Source: a virus. From it: a stretch of 38,709 bases of DNA. The notes below the pieces were generated by a model. That model was not told the DNA's origin. It searched no databases and saw only the letters and a list, made by a program, of their open reading frames with translations. The position numbers were made by a program, and so were the translations under genes. The stretch is taken from UHGV virus genome UHGV-0262620; one strand, written 5' to 3'. Position 1 is the stretch's first letter. Each line of letters opens with the position of its first letter. Positions 37,833-38,709 of the stretch are shown here, piece after piece.

Positions 37833-38069
37833 TTAGGCTTTCACTTCTGGGCGGATACGAGTCACTACGAACCCAGCGTCCTCATAATGTTCAGCCTGTA
37901 GCGTTGCCTCTTCGAGAGACCGGGCGAATACCGGAACCTCAAAGGACTCGGTGTTGCCTTCTATCGTCAGAAGGTATTTCTGTTCTGAGTACATGCAGCG
38001 ATTTGCACAGGAGTGGTTCTCCATCCCTACATCCTTCGCGTACTGGCACCCGTTGTTACACTGGCTCAT
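37833..38069 (-). CDS. 2: gene 2 host RNA polymerase inhibitor (Gp2 family) with an N-terminal Cys-rich extension
   Basis: C-terminal 50 aa ([37 protein letters not shown]) align with T7 gp2. The first ATG has a strong SD AAGGAGG and an ATGA overlap with the 1.8 stop. Confidence 0.8.
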   Translation of the reverse strand: MSQCNNGCQYAKDVGMENHSCANRCMYSEQKYLLTIEGNTESFEVPVFARSLEEATLQAEHYEDAGFVVTRIRPEVKA

Positions 38070-38203
38070 TTATTGGCCTCCTTAAAGCGCCGCTCCCACA
38101 GCGCGTACAATTGTTGGTAGGCGTTGGCTGCGGCCTCGTCACCAGCCTCAATAGCTTGGTTCCACTTAGCGGCACACCAATCGCAGCATTCACGAAGCGT
38201 CAT
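38066..38203 (-). CDS. 1.8: gene 1.8 (45 aa)
   Basis: [21 protein letters not shown]... Size (48 aa in T7) and position. Confidence 0.5.
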   Translation of the reverse strand: MTLRECCDWCAAKWNQAIEAGDEAAANAYQQLYALWERRFKEANK

Positions 38204-38660
38204 AACACAGCCCCTTATGTTTGTCAAACAGTTCCTGATAGAAAGCCGCTTTCTTAAGGTCTTTCTCCATCGTTGCCAGTTCGGATTTCTTACCAGCACG
38301 CAGGCGGTATTTCAGGATGTTCCCTAAGCAGTACCCACGGAACGCCTCGACGGTCATTGACCGGGCGATAACCTCAATGGCTTCCACGTTGTCGAACAGC
38401 ATGTAGTGGTTCGGATGGGTCACGTCAGACTTGACTTCTGTCTTCGGTGCTTCCACGTTCGGGCCGACTTTAGGTAGCGGGATTAGTACGGATGGATGCA
38501 CCTCAGCCTCACGAATACCGAAGCGAACCTTGACTCGACCAGTGTGAGAGTATCCCTGCACTGTTCCGGTCAGACCCTTGAACAAAGGGTTCGCTCCTGA
38601 ATAACGAACGGCAGAGTTAACCGGGAAGCGGCTACGCATGTCATAATATTCCTGTAACAT
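38190..38660 (-). CDS. 1.7: gene 1.7 (nucleotide kinase family, T3-length 156 aa)
   Basis: SD AAGGAGG. TAATG overlap with the gene 1.6 stop. Position. Confidence 0.7.
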   Translation of the reverse strand: MLQEYYDMRSRFPVNSAVRYSGANPLFKGLTGTVQGYSHTGRVKVRFGIREAEVHPSVLIPLPKVGPNVEAPKTEVKSDVTHPNHYMLFDNVEAIEVIARSMTVEAFRGYCLGNILKYRLRAGKKSELATMEKDLKKAAFYQELFDKHKGLCYDAS

Positions 38661-38709
38661 TACAGAACCTCCTTAATCCACTTAACGAACAGACGGATGC
38701 GAGGCCAGT
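38660..38709 (-). CDS. 1.6: gene 1.6 C-terminal 16 codons (YWPRIRLFVKWIKEVL*), the continuation of the ORF at 208..1
   Basis: Frame continuity across the window ends. The TAA overlaps the gene 1.7 ATG (TAATG). Confidence 0.7.
   Translation of the reverse strand, partial: WPRIRLFVKWIKEVL

Noticed and set aside
37007-38257. 416-aa ORF on the plus strand
   Set aside because: It runs antisense across genes 2.5, 2 and 1.8, whose minus-strand identities are secure. It is Arg/Leu/Pro-rich nonsense, typical of an antisense frame.

Overview
The window is a complete, circularly permuted genome of a T3-like podophage (T7 supergroup, Autographiviridae/Studiervirinae), with every gene on the minus strand. 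Phage gene 1.6 is split across the window ends. Its N-terminus is at 208..1 (-) and its last 16 codons are at 38709..38660 (-), and the reading frame closes exactly when the ends are joined. The junction of the genome's physical ends, with the terminal repeat and CTTTAGG heptamer arrays, lies in the non-coding block around 8330-8910. Organisation is canonical. Reading the minus strand from window 8683 towards 1 and wrapping round to 38709: early E. coli promoters A1-A3, gene 0.3 (T3-type SAMase, 152 aa), small early ORFs, the 0.7 kinase, T3-type RNA polymerase (884 aa), 1.05, 1.1, 1.2, ligase, 1.5 and 1.6. From the top of the window downwards: 1.7, 1.8, 2, 2.5, 3, 3.5, 4, 5, 6, the 6.x genes, 7.3, 8, 9, 10A/10B, 11-16, 17, 17.5, 18, 18.5/18.7, 19 and 19.5. 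Fifteen T3-type promoters, the TE and T-phi terminators, and about 8 conserved RNase III hairpins are visible. Departures from the T3/T7 layout, judged by eye:
- A well-expressed orphan 128-aa ORF sits between the tail-fibre gene and the holin, beside a fibre with a divergent distal half and 21-bp heptad repeats. This is the most interesting locus and may be a fibre-chaperone/host-range module.
- Gene 10B carries an Ig-like extension made by a -1 frameshift at CCCAAAG.
- Gene 2 has a 4-Cys N-terminal extension.
- Four or five small early proteins, two of them membrane proteins, lie between 0.3 and 0.7.
There are no tRNAs, no CRISPR array, no integrase or other lysogeny genes, and no plus-strand genes. 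No homology search was possible; every call rests on recalled T7/T3 protein sequences and motifs.
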